DNA of 64,000 nucleotides from Phoronis australis (taxonomy: Eukaryota > Animalia > Phoronida). The DNA lies in assembly GCA_002633005.1 (NCBI GenBank), contig NMRA01000349.1, forward strand, positions 1 to 64,000, in the 5' to 3' direction. The notes below the pieces were generated by a model. The model ran no database searches, was not told the DNA's origin, and saw only the letters and a list, made by a program, of their open reading frames with translations. This document shows, piece after piece, positions 24,101 through 34,942 of the stretch. The number at the start of each line of letters is the position of its first letter. Position 1 is the stretch's first letter. The position numbers and the translations under genes are program-made.

Positions 24101-27100
24101 TCTTGGAAAATGGCTGATGCTGTCACCACGGCCATGCAAAACGTTTCCAATGGATTTGTTGACCCAAAAGATAGCTAAGCATTTTTGAATTTTTACTCTA
24201 TCACATTCCACTCTCGAGTTATAATGATCATCTGCAAATCTGGCGGCCATTTTGTCCGCCATCTTGGAAATGGTGGAAGTAATCATTAGTGCCAAATGCA
24301 ATGAGTCTCAATGGATTAGTCGACCCAGAAAACCTATGATGGGATGTTTGAAGCAAGACGACACACTAATCTGTTCGTGTGAAGTTGTGCGACTCAAGTA
24401 GATTTGGCGGCCATCCTGGAAAATGGCGGACCGTGTCACCACAGCCATGTAAAACCATTTACAATGGATTTTTTGACCCACAAAACATAGGTAAACCTTT
24501 TTGAATTTTTACTCTATCACGTTCCACTCTTGAGTTATAGTGCGCATCAGAAAATCTGGCGGCCATTTTGTCCGTCATCTTGAAAAACCAACTTCCGCCA
24601 CTCCGATTCCGGTAGACTTCTTTTTTCCCAATAAGGGGTGTGAAATGATACGATTTATGCAATAAAACCTTCTGTTGCAATTTTTTCCGGGTTATCCATA
24701 GAATGACTGGACTATTAAGAAAGTCTTCCTTTACCTACCCACTGTATGGGACAGCAACAGTTTAGTGCAAATCAAATAATCACACTTAAAAAAGCTATGC
24801 CACAATATTTATAGCCATTGTATTGAAGAACCATTGAAATGTTTCCAGGTGCAGATCCAGGATTTTGAGTTAGGGGGGCCAGGGCACGGTATTAGCCAGG
24901 ATTTTGCCCGTCAGACATTCACACCCCCAAACAGTCAAATGGAATCTGGGAGAATTTTAGGGGGGCATGGCCCCCCCTAAATCTGCCACTAGTTCAAATA
25001 TATCAACATAGTATATCGCTGGGTTTATCTATAAAAATGGGACAGCCAAATACCACACACAAAAGCTTTTCACAATTTTCACTTCTGGTACTATAAACAC
25101 TCTGGCATTGCTATCTTTACCACTATCAAAAATTTGGTCTAAAACATTGGTAATGACTGTTAAATATGTGACGCGAAGAAATTCCAGTGCTGTCCATTGA
25201 AAAAGCACCAAGTCTGAATTTATCTGTGCCACGGCATCCTCCTTGGACACATATGGAGCACCAGTAGTCGGCATTGGAGGGCATCAATTTCTAAGCGAAT
25301 TCCAAGATCTCCAGCTTCTCTTTTGTTCCGCACTAAGTGGAAGGTGTTCTCCTTTCATTTACATACTCTGAAAAGCACAACAGCGGCAAACATTTTGAAT
25401 CCAGAGTTGTCCATGATTAAAGTAAAACTCGATGATATCTAATTGCAAGTTTTCGCCTTCTTTTATAACCTTCAAGCAAATGCCAAAACAAGATTTTAAT
25501 CCTGTTTTTTTGAAACAGACTACTTTATCAAAACCTTGGAATTCAGTTACCATCCTGTTTTACTTTATTCATAGTCTGCATTCTTTTCAAAATACATGCA
25601 TCTTTTGAGATCAAGTTTATTTGTTGTGGCTTTTAGTTTTACTGATCCATTTATAACTAAATCTTTCACGGAAAATCACAGATTTTAAACACTTGAGAAC
25701 TACGGTGGTTGTGAAAAAAGATTGTTATTGTTCAGGCACTGCGAAATCGTCATGAATTAATAGACATCAAAATTCTCATGGTAACTTACCTTTTTATAAG
25801 ACCAGATTCAACCTTCATGATGTGTTTGTCGTCAAAGCAGCCGTCCTCAAAATTTTCGGAGCATATTTCGGCTCCGACAGATGGCTGACTCGACAGTCAT
25901 TTTCAAAAGACGAGCAGAGCACACGAAAACTTGCCATTACGCAGCCAGATGCTTGTCTTTTTAGAATTTAAATGGGTTCATGCCTTCCACCTGGGTGGTG
26001 TTAAAATAGTTAGCACACACACACCGATGCACCATGGCTAAAACACGCCAAGGTTGAACGGTCTTTGTTCTTCGTGTACTGTGATATAATAGCAGTGAAC
26101 TGCATTGTGGGATATGATCTGGTTTGTGTTCCCCAACACCATGTCACGGTGTCAAAGGTCAACTTTTCGCGCATTTTCTTATTTTCGCTTTTTTAAATAA
26201 CTAAAGATACAATAATACGATGATTGCAATAAAATACATCCAAATAGCAATACCTTGAATATATTATTGCAATTTAACATACTTGGACCTTGTAAATTAC
26301 ATTTTAATGTATCCACATATAAATATGTGGGCGCTTAAAAAAGGCCACTAGGTGGCGCAAAATACAACAAATCAAAATGAAAACTAGAAGATAGGGTCAA
26401 GTCTCACTAATAGATGCCCATCTGCCAAATTTTATGAAAATCCGTTGAGGACCTTTGAAGATACAGAGGTAAAGTTACAAAATTAAAATTGCCACTAGGG
26501 GGCACACCTGTAGTCGGATCCAAACCAAAGTCGCCGTCGTTTGTTGTCAAGTTCATATCAATACACCAGCTAAATTTTATAAAGATCCCACAGAGGGTTT
26601 AAGAGATACAGCCATGAGCTTAAAAAAACTGCCATTAGGAGACTCCACAGTTGTCAAGGTCGTCGGAAAATCATCATCAGCCCCCACCCCATTTACATTA
26701 GGAACATACCAGTACATGCCAATTTCCACAATCATCCTTGGAGTGCATGGTTAGGTTAACAGAGAGCAGATATGCCAAAAAACTTGTGAAGATGGCCACT
26801 AGGTGGCGCAAAATATCTCAATTTCAACCGAAAACCGGATGATGAGTGTCACCTCACCTCAAATTTTATGAAAATCTGTCGACGACCTTTGAAGATAGAG
26901 AGATAAATGTTAAAATCTAAAATTGTAACTATAGGGCACACGTCCAGCTAGTCCGATCTTGTCAACTTCATATAAATACACCAGCAAAATTCAATAAAGA
27001 TCCAAGCTTTTCGGAGATACCAGCTTGGGCACAAAAACAAACAAAACTGCCACCAGGAGGCCCCACAATAGTAGAAGTTGTCTTAATATCCTCTCAGCAT

Positions 27101-30100
27101 ACACCGGCTCTTCACAGTAAGAACATATATGCCAAATCATCACTAAGTAGAGCAATTTGGTCGATAGAAGGACAGCAGAGGTCAAAAAACTCGAAAATAG
27201 TATAAATGGCCACAAGAAGGTGGCGTAAAGTACCCGAATCTGTCAAAAAACGAAAGGAAAGCATCATCTCATTAATAGATCCATATCAAATTTGTGAAAA
27301 TCCATGGAGGACTTCCGAAGATGCAAAAAACTAAAATTGTCACTAGGGGGCCCACCGCTAGTCGGAGAGGTTGGTCATCCGTTGTCAGCTTCGTAGGCCT
27401 TCTGCCAAATCTCATCAACATCGTTTGAGTGGTTTAGGTGATACAGCTGCGGACGCCAGACCCCCGGACAGAGACGACGGCTGCGGTAACTTGATTAGTA
27501 AAGCCAGAGAGAAAACTAGCTACGTCTGCCAGCAACCATGTTTTTATTACCCAACATCCTTAGCTAGACTACAGCAGACACACCAAGTGTCAGACAAGTA
27601 AACTAAACGCAATCAAGATATTGCAACAGTAATTTGCGACCACATGTAAATATGTGGGCGCACATAAAAAAGGTTACAGGCCCTACGCAGGTAACGTTTA
27701 GGTCAGCTTTAGTTAACATTTAGTTAACACTTACAATCCTACATTAGGTAAGTTACCTGAAGCTGGGTAACTTACCTAAAAGTGACCTAAGTGTTAATAG
27801 GTAACATTTAGGTCGCAATTAGGTAAGCTTTAGGTACGTTTCAGTTATTTAAATGAGCTGACCTAAACATTACCTAATTTTCAGGTAACATTTAGGTCAC
27901 ATTTACGTAACCTTTAGGTACGTTTCAAATACTTAAATGAGGTGACCTAAATGTTACCTAAACTGTAACAATTGGGTAAGCTTTAGGTAAGTGACCTAAA
28001 TGTTACCTAAAAATTGGTTCTTCATTCACTAGTACACAGCAAGATATGCAGACCCAACTATCAAGTAAATTACCTGAATGTGGCTTGAAATAAATTAAAT
28101 TGGATGGTAATCATTTCAAGATCTAGTAACGCACAACCGTTGACTATTACAAAACACTTTAACAATTCATGTCAATCTTTGAAAAAATAAGGTGTATTAT
28201 TAAACTCTTTAAGTGATAAAAACATTTTACAATCTTCATTCAACAATCTGGCATGCAGCAGTAAAAACTCATAGACAATTGAACATTGCAAAACCTTACA
28301 TGTACATTTGTGCAAAGATTATTATACAGCTAAAAGAAAAACAAAAATTGTCTCAGATGCTTGTTTGACAGTTGTTTCATCTTTGAAATGTGGCAGACTT
28401 TGTTAACATTTGAAGAATCACTTAAATGCTGACTAACTGTCTTTTGTAACAAATGCAGGCTTAGCCTTTTAAGTAAACTACTAAAAACAGATGTCACTGT
28501 GAACTTCTCTTAATACATCATAATAGGTCCCATAAGTTGAGGCAAAAGTAAATGGTATATCGAGGAGAACACAATGAATGTTGGCAACAAAATACAGCAG
28601 AATTTAGGTGTAAGAGGGGCAGTATAAAAATATTGGTTGTCTGAAAAGCACAATTCAAGTATGACACCAACTCCTTCAATGCAGCCATTTTATGGCCTTT
28701 CAAGGTCTCTGAAGAACTCCATGAGGGTCCTAACTTTTCAGAATGCAGGCTTGTCAGTTTGACAAATCTGTCCACAACTGGAATTGATGACTGGCACACA
28801 GTGTTGGTGGTGGTGTTTATTGGCTCCAAAGTACTTGCATTTGCCACCTCAGTCTCTACGTCATCGTGCAAGTTTTCAAAGTCTTTTTCTGTGCTGAAAA
28901 GTTCAGAAAAGTCCAGTTAGCTGGAATTAGGTAAACGCTTTATTAGTTAATTGACTGTAATTGTAGAAAATTTGACATATCTTTGATTAAGAACATAAAC
29001 GAGGATGACTGCAATTATCTGCTGCATTTATGGATGAAAACTATAAAAACAAAAACTTTATACCAGAAAAATTTTTTGAAGTCTTTTTTCTGTGAAGAAA
29101 AACAATGACCAGTACAAAGCACGGGTGTCAGTGCCAATGCATCGTAGCTTTTAATGTGATTTTACATGAATCCATGAACATGCTGTTTCAATGTAATTTT
29201 CAATTTTTGCATTTAAACTGTTACAAGTGCCCAATTCCTGACTGCTTGCATTTGATGACTAAGACACGTCAGGTAATGAGGTAAACTTTTATTTTGAAGA
29301 CGAGTTCTGTTATATATGTAGTTACAAAAATTGTAAAATTGCTTAATTTACCGTTCCTTCTTTTTCTTCATAAGCTCCTGTCTTAGTTCCCTTTGGCTGA
29401 AAAGTAAAAAACCCAATTATTTTCAAGGTGTACGTTTTCACAGGTAGTTCTCTGAGAGTTCTATGTTTAGATCGAGTCAAGCTTGTGTAGATTGGTTCGA
29501 GGGGGTTGTGTGTCGAGAGGGTTGTGGGTCGGTGGTTGAGAGGGTCGAGGGGGTCGTGGGGTCGAGCAGGTTTTAGAACAATCCTCTCAGACTAACGAAA
29601 TGTTAGATTAATCACTGTTATACTCCATCAGTCAAATTCAGTTTGAAGAAATTCCCACATAAACAACAGCTGATTCCAGCAATAGTGGGCAAGGTTTACT
29701 TTTGACAAGTTTTCCTGAAGCAACTTGTTGATTTAAATTTGGCTCATTGCAGACAAAGAACTTTACATGTCAGTGAACAACAGAACAAAAATCCTGTGAA
29801 GTATTCACACATTAATGTATTACTGGATGGTAACCCCTCTGTGGAAGGGCATATTTAGTTTGAAGCATTTGAAGCATGTGAAGCACATTTAATTTAAGTA
29901 TTTTTACCTCAATACTTACCAACTGAAAAATAGGTCTTCACAATTATAGACAAATTTATTTTTGTCCCATCGTTCATCTAAAATACTTGAAAACTATCTA
30001 TTGCTTCACTGAACATTATTTTTGCTTGTTGAAGAACCAGAATTTACTGAATAGGCAATTATTGAATTTGTATGTTGAACTTTGCAGTATGGACTATTTG

Positions 30101-33100
30101 GAAATCATCCAGCAGCAACATACATTTATCAAAGGCATCGAACACTTACTGGGGTAAATCTTTCGATTCTACAATGTTATGGTGTTGAAAAGAACAACTG
30201 CAGTTGTTGTCCAGTAACTTACAATCATATAATAGACGTTCTAAACAATCTGCATTCACTGGTGTTCCATCAATGAGATCATAGGATACTTGCTCCACTT
30301 TCCTTCCTTGTATAGTTTAACCAATTTTGAGATTGCTGTGTATGCTGATGACACTGTGCCATTTGTCCTTGCTTTCAACGCAAACTTGTTGCTGCTACGT
30401 TGCTTAATATTCACCTAGAAACCAAAATGAATGCCATTTCACTTTCTATAAAAATGCACTTGTTACAGCAAAACACATCAACAGCATCTCAATAGGTTTA
30501 AACTGAAATTTGCTCCCATGTATGAACAGGCAGATGAGATTGTGTTCAATTCATCTGGGTATTATTAATAGTTATCGAAACATAGTGCAGAGATTGAGAA
30601 CTGGTAGATGACTGATAGCAATGGCAATTAAGTCAGATTGTAAACAATTATAACAAAACTCCAGTCTGTAATATGCAATATGTATAACTTTTTGTGCAGT
30701 TTCAATGCACTGTAAACAAATAAAAATTAACTGATTCCCAATACTGTGAATCAAACATGCGCAAGTAATGTGAGAATTGAAACAAAAAACAACTGTTAAA
30801 GTCTCAAGTGATTTATGAGCAATTGAAGGTCTACATGAAACTTGAAAATGTTTTGGGAAATATATGTGCAAAGTGATGTGGTCTGGACCCCAACTCATTT
30901 TGAAATCTGTGCCCTTAAATAACCAGCCTATACCTCCACTTTGACTAAATCGGTTAGAAAAACAACTCCCTTTTTGTTTGTAAGACCAAAACTACTCATT
31001 CATGAATGAAATTCAACATTACTTAAACAATCACATAGACATAAACACAACTTTAAAATCAAAACTCACCAATCCATGCAGTTCCTCAGCAACCCATGTA
31101 CAGTCTATGTTGTGCCAAAACCGTTTAAACTGGTTCAAATGAAAAGCTTGGGTCACTTTCCAGGATTGTAACCTTGACAACCAACTAGTAACACATGATT
31201 AAACATTTTAAGGGAGTTGATAACACTCCCAGCCAGTTTAACTAGTAGCTGGGCTAGCTTAATTAAAATAAACAAAAGCTCTACCAGCATTAAACATTAA
31301 CGAATATAACCTCACAAATTTAGGGCAGAATATTTGCACAAGGGAAATTTTATTTTCTTATTTTTTCAATAACATATGCGGTACCAGAAAAATGTCTAGG
31401 CATATCCGTAAAGTTCTGTAACAAGTAGCTACTGATGCACATTATTTTGAAAAATTGTAATCCTTCACAACAATGCTAAAGGCCTTTGAAAAATCAAAGT
31501 GTGTAATTTTTGGAAATTACTTTCCGAAATTGGCGAAATTTTACTGCAGCTACAGTTGCTGCAAACACCTGAGTTTGGGCGATGCATCTGGTGAGATATT
31601 TCAAATGGTGGTAAAGTACTAATTTTTGCACATTAAGTAAAATTTGGCATTTACGTTCCACGGATCATACATTTGTGTGTGTTTTAATGTTTTATGTCTT
31701 GTAAATCAATACGCTGGGAACAGTTTTCTTAGTTTTCAAAGCAATTACATTTAATATTTTACCTTGACTTTGACAGCAGACTAGGAAAGTTTGAAAATTT
31801 GTTAAGTCCATTAGGTAACAATTTGGTAAGTATGGTGACTGAAAAAAGAACGAAGTCTTTCAGGTCAGCTTCAGGTAGGTTCAAGCAGATGCGCGGATAT
31901 TCTGTAAGTGTTTTAGGTCACATTTAGGTAACTTTGAGTCTTTGCTGTTTTAATAAGGTAACATTCAGGTAACTTACCCAACAGTAGGTAAGCATTAGGT
32001 CATAATTAGGTAAGTTACCTAACCCAGGTAACTTACCTACGTAGGGTCTGGGTATAGCTAGGAATGCACAGTTGATATGAAGAAGAGAAATAGCTGGACT
32101 ATAGTTGAGGGAATGAAGCACCATGCTGTATTAGACTGATGTCTTCATTAGGGTGTTGACAGCTGAGTTTTTATCATTTCGCTGAGTCACCAAAAGTATT
32201 GAGGTTGTTAGTTTAAGTCTGCAGCCGCGTAGATACACGCTGCGCATGGTGACAAACTTAACTGGACTGAAGGAACTGTTTTCGCACAAGAAATCAAATT
32301 CAAGGAGTGTGCTTTTAATGACACTGACCGTGTCCACGGTCCTCTTTTGCTTTTTACCAAGATAATTCCAGTCGGAGGTGTATATTCAGTAAATATTCCA
32401 TGCACCTTTTGCACCGAGACCAACGCATGGTATGCAGCTACAGTATACACACTAAGCTATAGTATATGCGACGCAGAATATCCGTTTGCAAAAATACTAC
32501 AAGAGCAACGAGGAACATTAAAACGCGCTCACGAATGGATCGTAAATGGTGTGCTTTTAGGGTTGTTTATTTGTGTCATAAAAATGGTCACTAGATGGCG
32601 CAACAACGTACAATCCATCCGAAAACGGAAACATAGGTCATTCAGCTTCTTTATTAATAGAAAGCCGTACGCCAAATTTCATGGAAATCCCTCACGGAAC
32701 TTCGGAGAAACAAAAGAAAACAGAATAAAATGAAATTGCCTCTAGGGGGTACACTGTTCATTGGATCTGCCTGAAATTCCGTCATTGTCTGTTGTATAGC
32801 TTCATATAAATACACTAACTAATTAAATTTAATACAGATCCTGCAGTGGGTTTAGGAGATACAGCGCAAAACAAAACAAAATTAAACAAAACTACCACTG
32901 GGAGACGCCACTGTAGTCAAAGTTGTCATCATCAATCGTCCTCTTCACCCTGAGAACATATTGGCCAATTTTCAAAATCATCGTTAGAATGATTTGATTG
33001 ATAAAGGGATAGATGCCCGTATTCAAAATTTTACGAAAATACGTTGAGGACCTTTAAAGATACAGAGGTAAACGTGAAACTAAAATTGCCATCGGGGGGC

Positions 33101-34942
33101 ACACCAGTCGTCAGATCCGTTCCAAAATCGTTGCCGTCTGTTGTCAAAATCATACAAACACAGTAGTTAAATTTTGGAAAGATCCTGCAAATTAAAGGCG
33201 AAGGCAACCTTTTTTCATGTCACTTTTAGCAAAAATAAGGTCTGTTGATTATCTCAGACATATTTTTCACTTAATTACAGCTTTTCGTAATTTAATTACT
33301 TTCCCGTCCTCTACTCCGGAAGTGACGTTTTGGGAGGCAAGAATTTCGCGCCAATTTCTGTTCATACAGTCAGACCGTGAGAGCTGTCAAGTCAGTCATT
33401 GTTTTACCTCGGATTTTATAAGTTCGGTCGTTGTTTGCTTTTGTTTACGTGTCAGTCAACATGCGCTTTGGGTACCTTGCATCGCTTTCCAAAGGATGAC
33501 ACACTTCGCCGTACTTGGCTAGCTCGTTCGTGTGAAGAACTCAGCGCTACCCGCTCACGCAACGTACAAAGCAGTGGCAAGCATTTTCAGCCGTCAGATT
33601 GCGACAGAGATATGTACGCTGAATTGATGAAGGTCCCTGCGAAACAACGCCTGAAGAAGGGTTCCATACCGTCCCTGCTGATTCCCGGCAGTGCCCCGTC
33701 GCCACCCCCGAGAAGTGCGTTTTGAAGCGAGAAGCCTCGCGAGCTGTGGCCACTATAAACAGTGACTGGAGGCACTTCATCTACTGTCATCCATGCCTCC
33801 GAACGTACCCCATAGCGTCAGTGCAATTCCAGGAACCAGCAGTGATTCCCCGAGTGCTGTTGTCTCTAGCCCAGAGCCTGCAAGCAGCCCTGCAGCGATG
33901 TTGAGTAGTGGGAGTGAATACAGGCCCAGTTTGACACCCTGTGAAAAGTATAGTTCGTCATCCAATGAACACATCGCTGAAACTAAGTTTGATAAGTTTA
34001 TTGAGGACTTGTATTGGAGCTAGTTAGAAGCTGCCACGTGTGTGACGAGGGAGTCGCACGGCAGGAATTTGTAAGCAGTTTGGGTGCTCAAGTCACAATC
34101 CACTGGGATTGTGTCGCGGTACACTCGGGCAAGTGGGCCAGTTCTTCCTCTGTACGTGAGACGATAATGAGTACATGTACATCTCGGTAGGCAGCAACAG
34201 CGTGCCATGTTGACTGACTCGTAAACAAGAGCAAACGACGACCGAACTTATCACCACCGAGGTAGAAAAATGACTGACTCGACTGCTCTCACAGTCAGAC
34301 TGTATGAAAAGAAATTGGCGCGAAATTCTTGCCTCCCAAAACGTCACTTCCGGAGTAGACGACGAGTAATTAATTAAATTACGAAAAGCTGTAAATACGT
34401 GAAAAATATGTCTGGGATAATCAACGAACCCTATTTTTGCTAAAAATGGCATGAAAAAAGGTTGCCTTCGCCTTTTACATTTTAGGAGGCACAACCATGG
34501 GAGAAAAAACGAAACTGCTACTAGGAGGCGCCAAAGCAGTCGAATCCATCCAAAAACGGGAGGATACTTTCATTTCCATAATAGATGCCTATATGCCAAA
34601 TTTTGCAAATATATGTTGAGGACCTTTGAAGATACAGAGGTTAAGGTAAAAAAACTAAAATTGCCACTAGGGGGCACACCGATAGTCGGATCCGTCCGAC
34701 ACTTTGCTCATGGTGTCCTACCCATAAAGGAAACACATGTGCAAACTTTCATGAACATACGTCAACTGGTTTTGGAGATAGACGGACGCCTGACGGACGC
34801 CAGACGGACGCCTGACGGACGCCGGACGGACGGACAGAGATGACGGCATAATGCCTACACATATAAAAATATTTGGGCGCATAAAAATGTTGACCGAATG
34901 TATGCAGTACTCACCGAACTGGTCTTCAGCAGATGTCGACAT
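3021..34942 (-). CDS. Multi-exon gene with N-terminal TRADD-N-like domain and low-complexity linker; 3' end not resolved
   Basis: Frame-compatible exons: 34942-34915 (MSTSAEDQF, phase 1), 15644-15224, 14359-14257, 12316-12221, 10390-10283, 8743-8639, 8494-8417, 3431-3288, 3134-3021. All internal exons have pyrimidine-rich AG acceptors and GT donors (one GC) and splice without stops. The link to the 34942 exon is inferred from phase alone. Confidence 0.7.
3288..3431 (-). CDS. Linker exon (EGDIHGKSGKGGYGN...NHDE)
   Basis: 144 nt, phase 0-0, atttag acceptor and gtatga donor. Confidence 0.7.
3700..4835 (+). mobile_element. Helentron-associated (HINE/DINE-like) repeat, copy A
   Basis: Same internal units as copies B-D (ccactaggaggcgcc, gccaccagggagcac) and terminal acatataaatatgtggg hairpin; interrupted by the MITE at 4091. 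Confidence 0.6.
4091..4272. mobile_element. MITE, CATGCGCGCACCC family (3'-truncated)
   Basis: Left TIR and body match the other copies. Confidence 0.7.
5381..5579. mobile_element. MITE, CATGCGCGCACCC family
   Basis: Degenerate TIRs; TSD GCTAT. Confidence 0.8.
6456..7753. mobile_element. Non-autonomous Kolobok-type element
   Basis: TTAA TSD on both sides; 15-bp TIR agagttcccac(c/t)atg; contains a MITE at 6798-6944. Confidence 0.75.
6798..6944. mobile_element. MITE, CATGGGYGGCGCA family
   Basis: TIR catgggcggcgca/tgcgccacccatg, TSD TTTGT/ATTGT; partial relatives at 47975-48040 and 54940-54980. Confidence 0.7.
8417..8494 (-). CDS. Linker exon (GKKKGKSQDSNS...VGEP)
   Basis: 78 nt, phase 0-0, cttttag acceptor and gtgagt donor. 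Confidence 0.7.
8639..8743 (-). CDS. Linker exon (QPGNQRDRS...WHTVPKR)
   Basis: 105 nt, phase 0-0, cttttcag acceptor (NAGNAG) and gttagt donor. Confidence 0.65.
10283..10390 (-). CDS. Linker exon (KTVGTVTVVPLTPQSGEWK...SDDE)
   Basis: 108 nt, phase 0-0, ttttag acceptor and gtaga donor. Confidence 0.65.
10580..11742. mobile_element. EnSpm/CACTA-like non-autonomous element
   Basis: TIR cccttatgaaaaag/ctttttcataaggg; dense subterminal agtgagaat/attctcact repeats at both ends. Confidence 0.75.
12221..12316 (-). CDS. Linker exon (RVNVPKSSSGTPFIDWRAVNP...QPQ)
   Basis: 96 nt, phase 0-0, AG/GT boundaries. Confidence 0.6.
14257..14359 (-). CDS. Linker exon (QEAPNSPKHGKDS...DREQ)
   Basis: ctgcag acceptor, gtact donor, 1+102 nt; completes the split Arg codon from the previous exon. 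Confidence 0.7.
15224..15644 (-). CDS. Exon encoding TRADD-N-like domain
   Basis: GSFVKCHLKASSQEGLKQLCSDAYSGKLSSVL matches the GS-x-LxxLxxDYxSGxL pattern of TRADD-N-like domains in invertebrate immune proteins; acceptor at 15646-15645, GC donor (gcaagt) at 15223. Confidence 0.65.
15850..16070. mobile_element. MITE, CATGCGCGCACCC family (opposite orientation)
   Basis: TIRs catgcgcgtaccc/gggtgcgcgcatg; flanks gaatta/gaattt. Confidence 0.8.
16082..17400 (+). mobile_element. Helentron-associated repeat, copy B (its 3' hairpin displaced to 26313-26330 by the Kolobok insertion)
   Basis: AACAAG start, about 145-bp internal units, GACG-rich tract at 17360-17390. Confidence 0.65.
17431..18202 (+). 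mobile_element. Solo LTR of an LTR retrotransposon (772 bp)
   Basis: TGTCA...TGACA termini, exact 5-bp TSD ACAAC (17426-17430 and 18203-18207), TATA box ctataaata (about 17766), AATAAA (about 18096), repeated ttctagaa motifs. Confidence 0.85.
18405..19995 (+). pseudogene. KolX (P2X7-tail-like Cys-rich accessory gene of Kolobok), two exons about 18405-18691 and 19592-19995
   Basis: Acidic N-terminus with GVEPFSLNP, then RLDVSDW split by a GT-AG intron into WCTxGNCQ; later VLETAWLQY...HVAYR*FQRWVHGHLGRTVRVVIPACAVACIREFYP, the KolX signature. Internal stops and frameshifts. Confidence 0.8.
19995..20280 (-). pseudogene. C-terminal remnant of Kolobok transposase
   Basis: HSETTEVY...FMPLRLHF resembles the Kolobok HTxxLExFH...YxPKRLHF motif; lies tail-to-tail with KolX. 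Confidence 0.5.
20968..24714 (+). mobile_element. Academ DNA transposon (deleted and decayed)
   Basis: TAGTCCAGTCATTCTA TIRs with longer imperfect extension, 3-bp TSD TTA; internal transposase remnant. Confidence 0.85.
22050..23660 (+). pseudogene. Academ transposase remnant
   Basis: RLGRFHTEMSFLEYIGYVMSSTGLQEVLETLYSSNSVILMLNGKSVDRAVRGHMLVDSAL and later MLPYFAAAGHNSYAKSSYIY are characteristic Academ motifs; multiple stops and frameshifts. Confidence 0.85.
24846..24992. mobile_element. MITE of the CAGGGGCGGATCCAGG type
   Basis: caggtgcagatccaggatttt...aatctgccactag; an inverted relative ends in ggatccgcccctg at about 42450-42594. Confidence 0.6.
25030..26035 (-). pseudogene. THAP domain and N-terminal part of Kolobok transposase (decayed)
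   Basis: MVHRCVCANY...FKF*KDKHLAA*W...ICSENFEDGCF (THAP, 26035-25790, gtaagt donor); downstream Cys-containing remnants. Confidence 0.65.
26341..27671 (+). mobile_element. Helentron-associated repeat, copy C
   Basis: About 145-bp units, GACG tract near 27450, terminal ccacatgtaaatatgtgggcgc plus A-run. Confidence 0.65.
27677..32050. mobile_element. TIR DNA element with AGGTAA subterminal arrays (EnSpm-like), carrying minus-strand exon-like remnants
   Basis: cag(g/a)ccctacg(c/t)aggtaa TIR; aggtaa/ttacct arrays at 27690-28010 and 31810-32040. Confidence 0.65.
33196..34473. mobile_element. Non-autonomous Kolobok element with about 270-bp TIRs and THAP remnant
   Basis: TTAA|aggcgaaggcaacc...ggttgccttcgcct|TTTA; long TIRs about 33196-33462 and 34205-34473; inserted into a Helentron-type repeat. 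Confidence 0.85.
33470..33725 (+). pseudogene. THAP zinc-finger remnant
   Basis: LHRFPKDDTLRRTW...KHFQPSD...RLKKGSIPSL; the N-terminal Cys pair is missing. Confidence 0.75.
34915..34942 (-). CDS. Putative first coding exon of the minus-strand gene
   Basis: ATG TCG ACA TCT GCT GAA GAC CAG TTC G then gtgagt; phase 1 matches the 15644 exon (G+CT = Ala). Confidence 0.5.

Larger units (their letters stand above)
17408..26290. mobile_element. Degenerate full-length Kolobok transposon hosting nested insertions
   Basis: Short TIR aggtccaa/ttggacct with TGCA/TGTA flanks; KolX gene on + converges on a THAP-transposase gene on -, the canonical Kolobok layout; inverted internal motif gtgttggggaacacaaa near both 5' ends (about 18381 and 26123). 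Confidence 0.65.
32499..34887 (+). mobile_element. Helentron-associated repeat, copy D (interrupted by Kolobok 33196-34473)
   Basis: AACAAGAG-type start, internal units, (GACG)-based microsatellite 34781-34836, degenerate 3' hairpin plus AAAAA. Confidence 0.7.
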
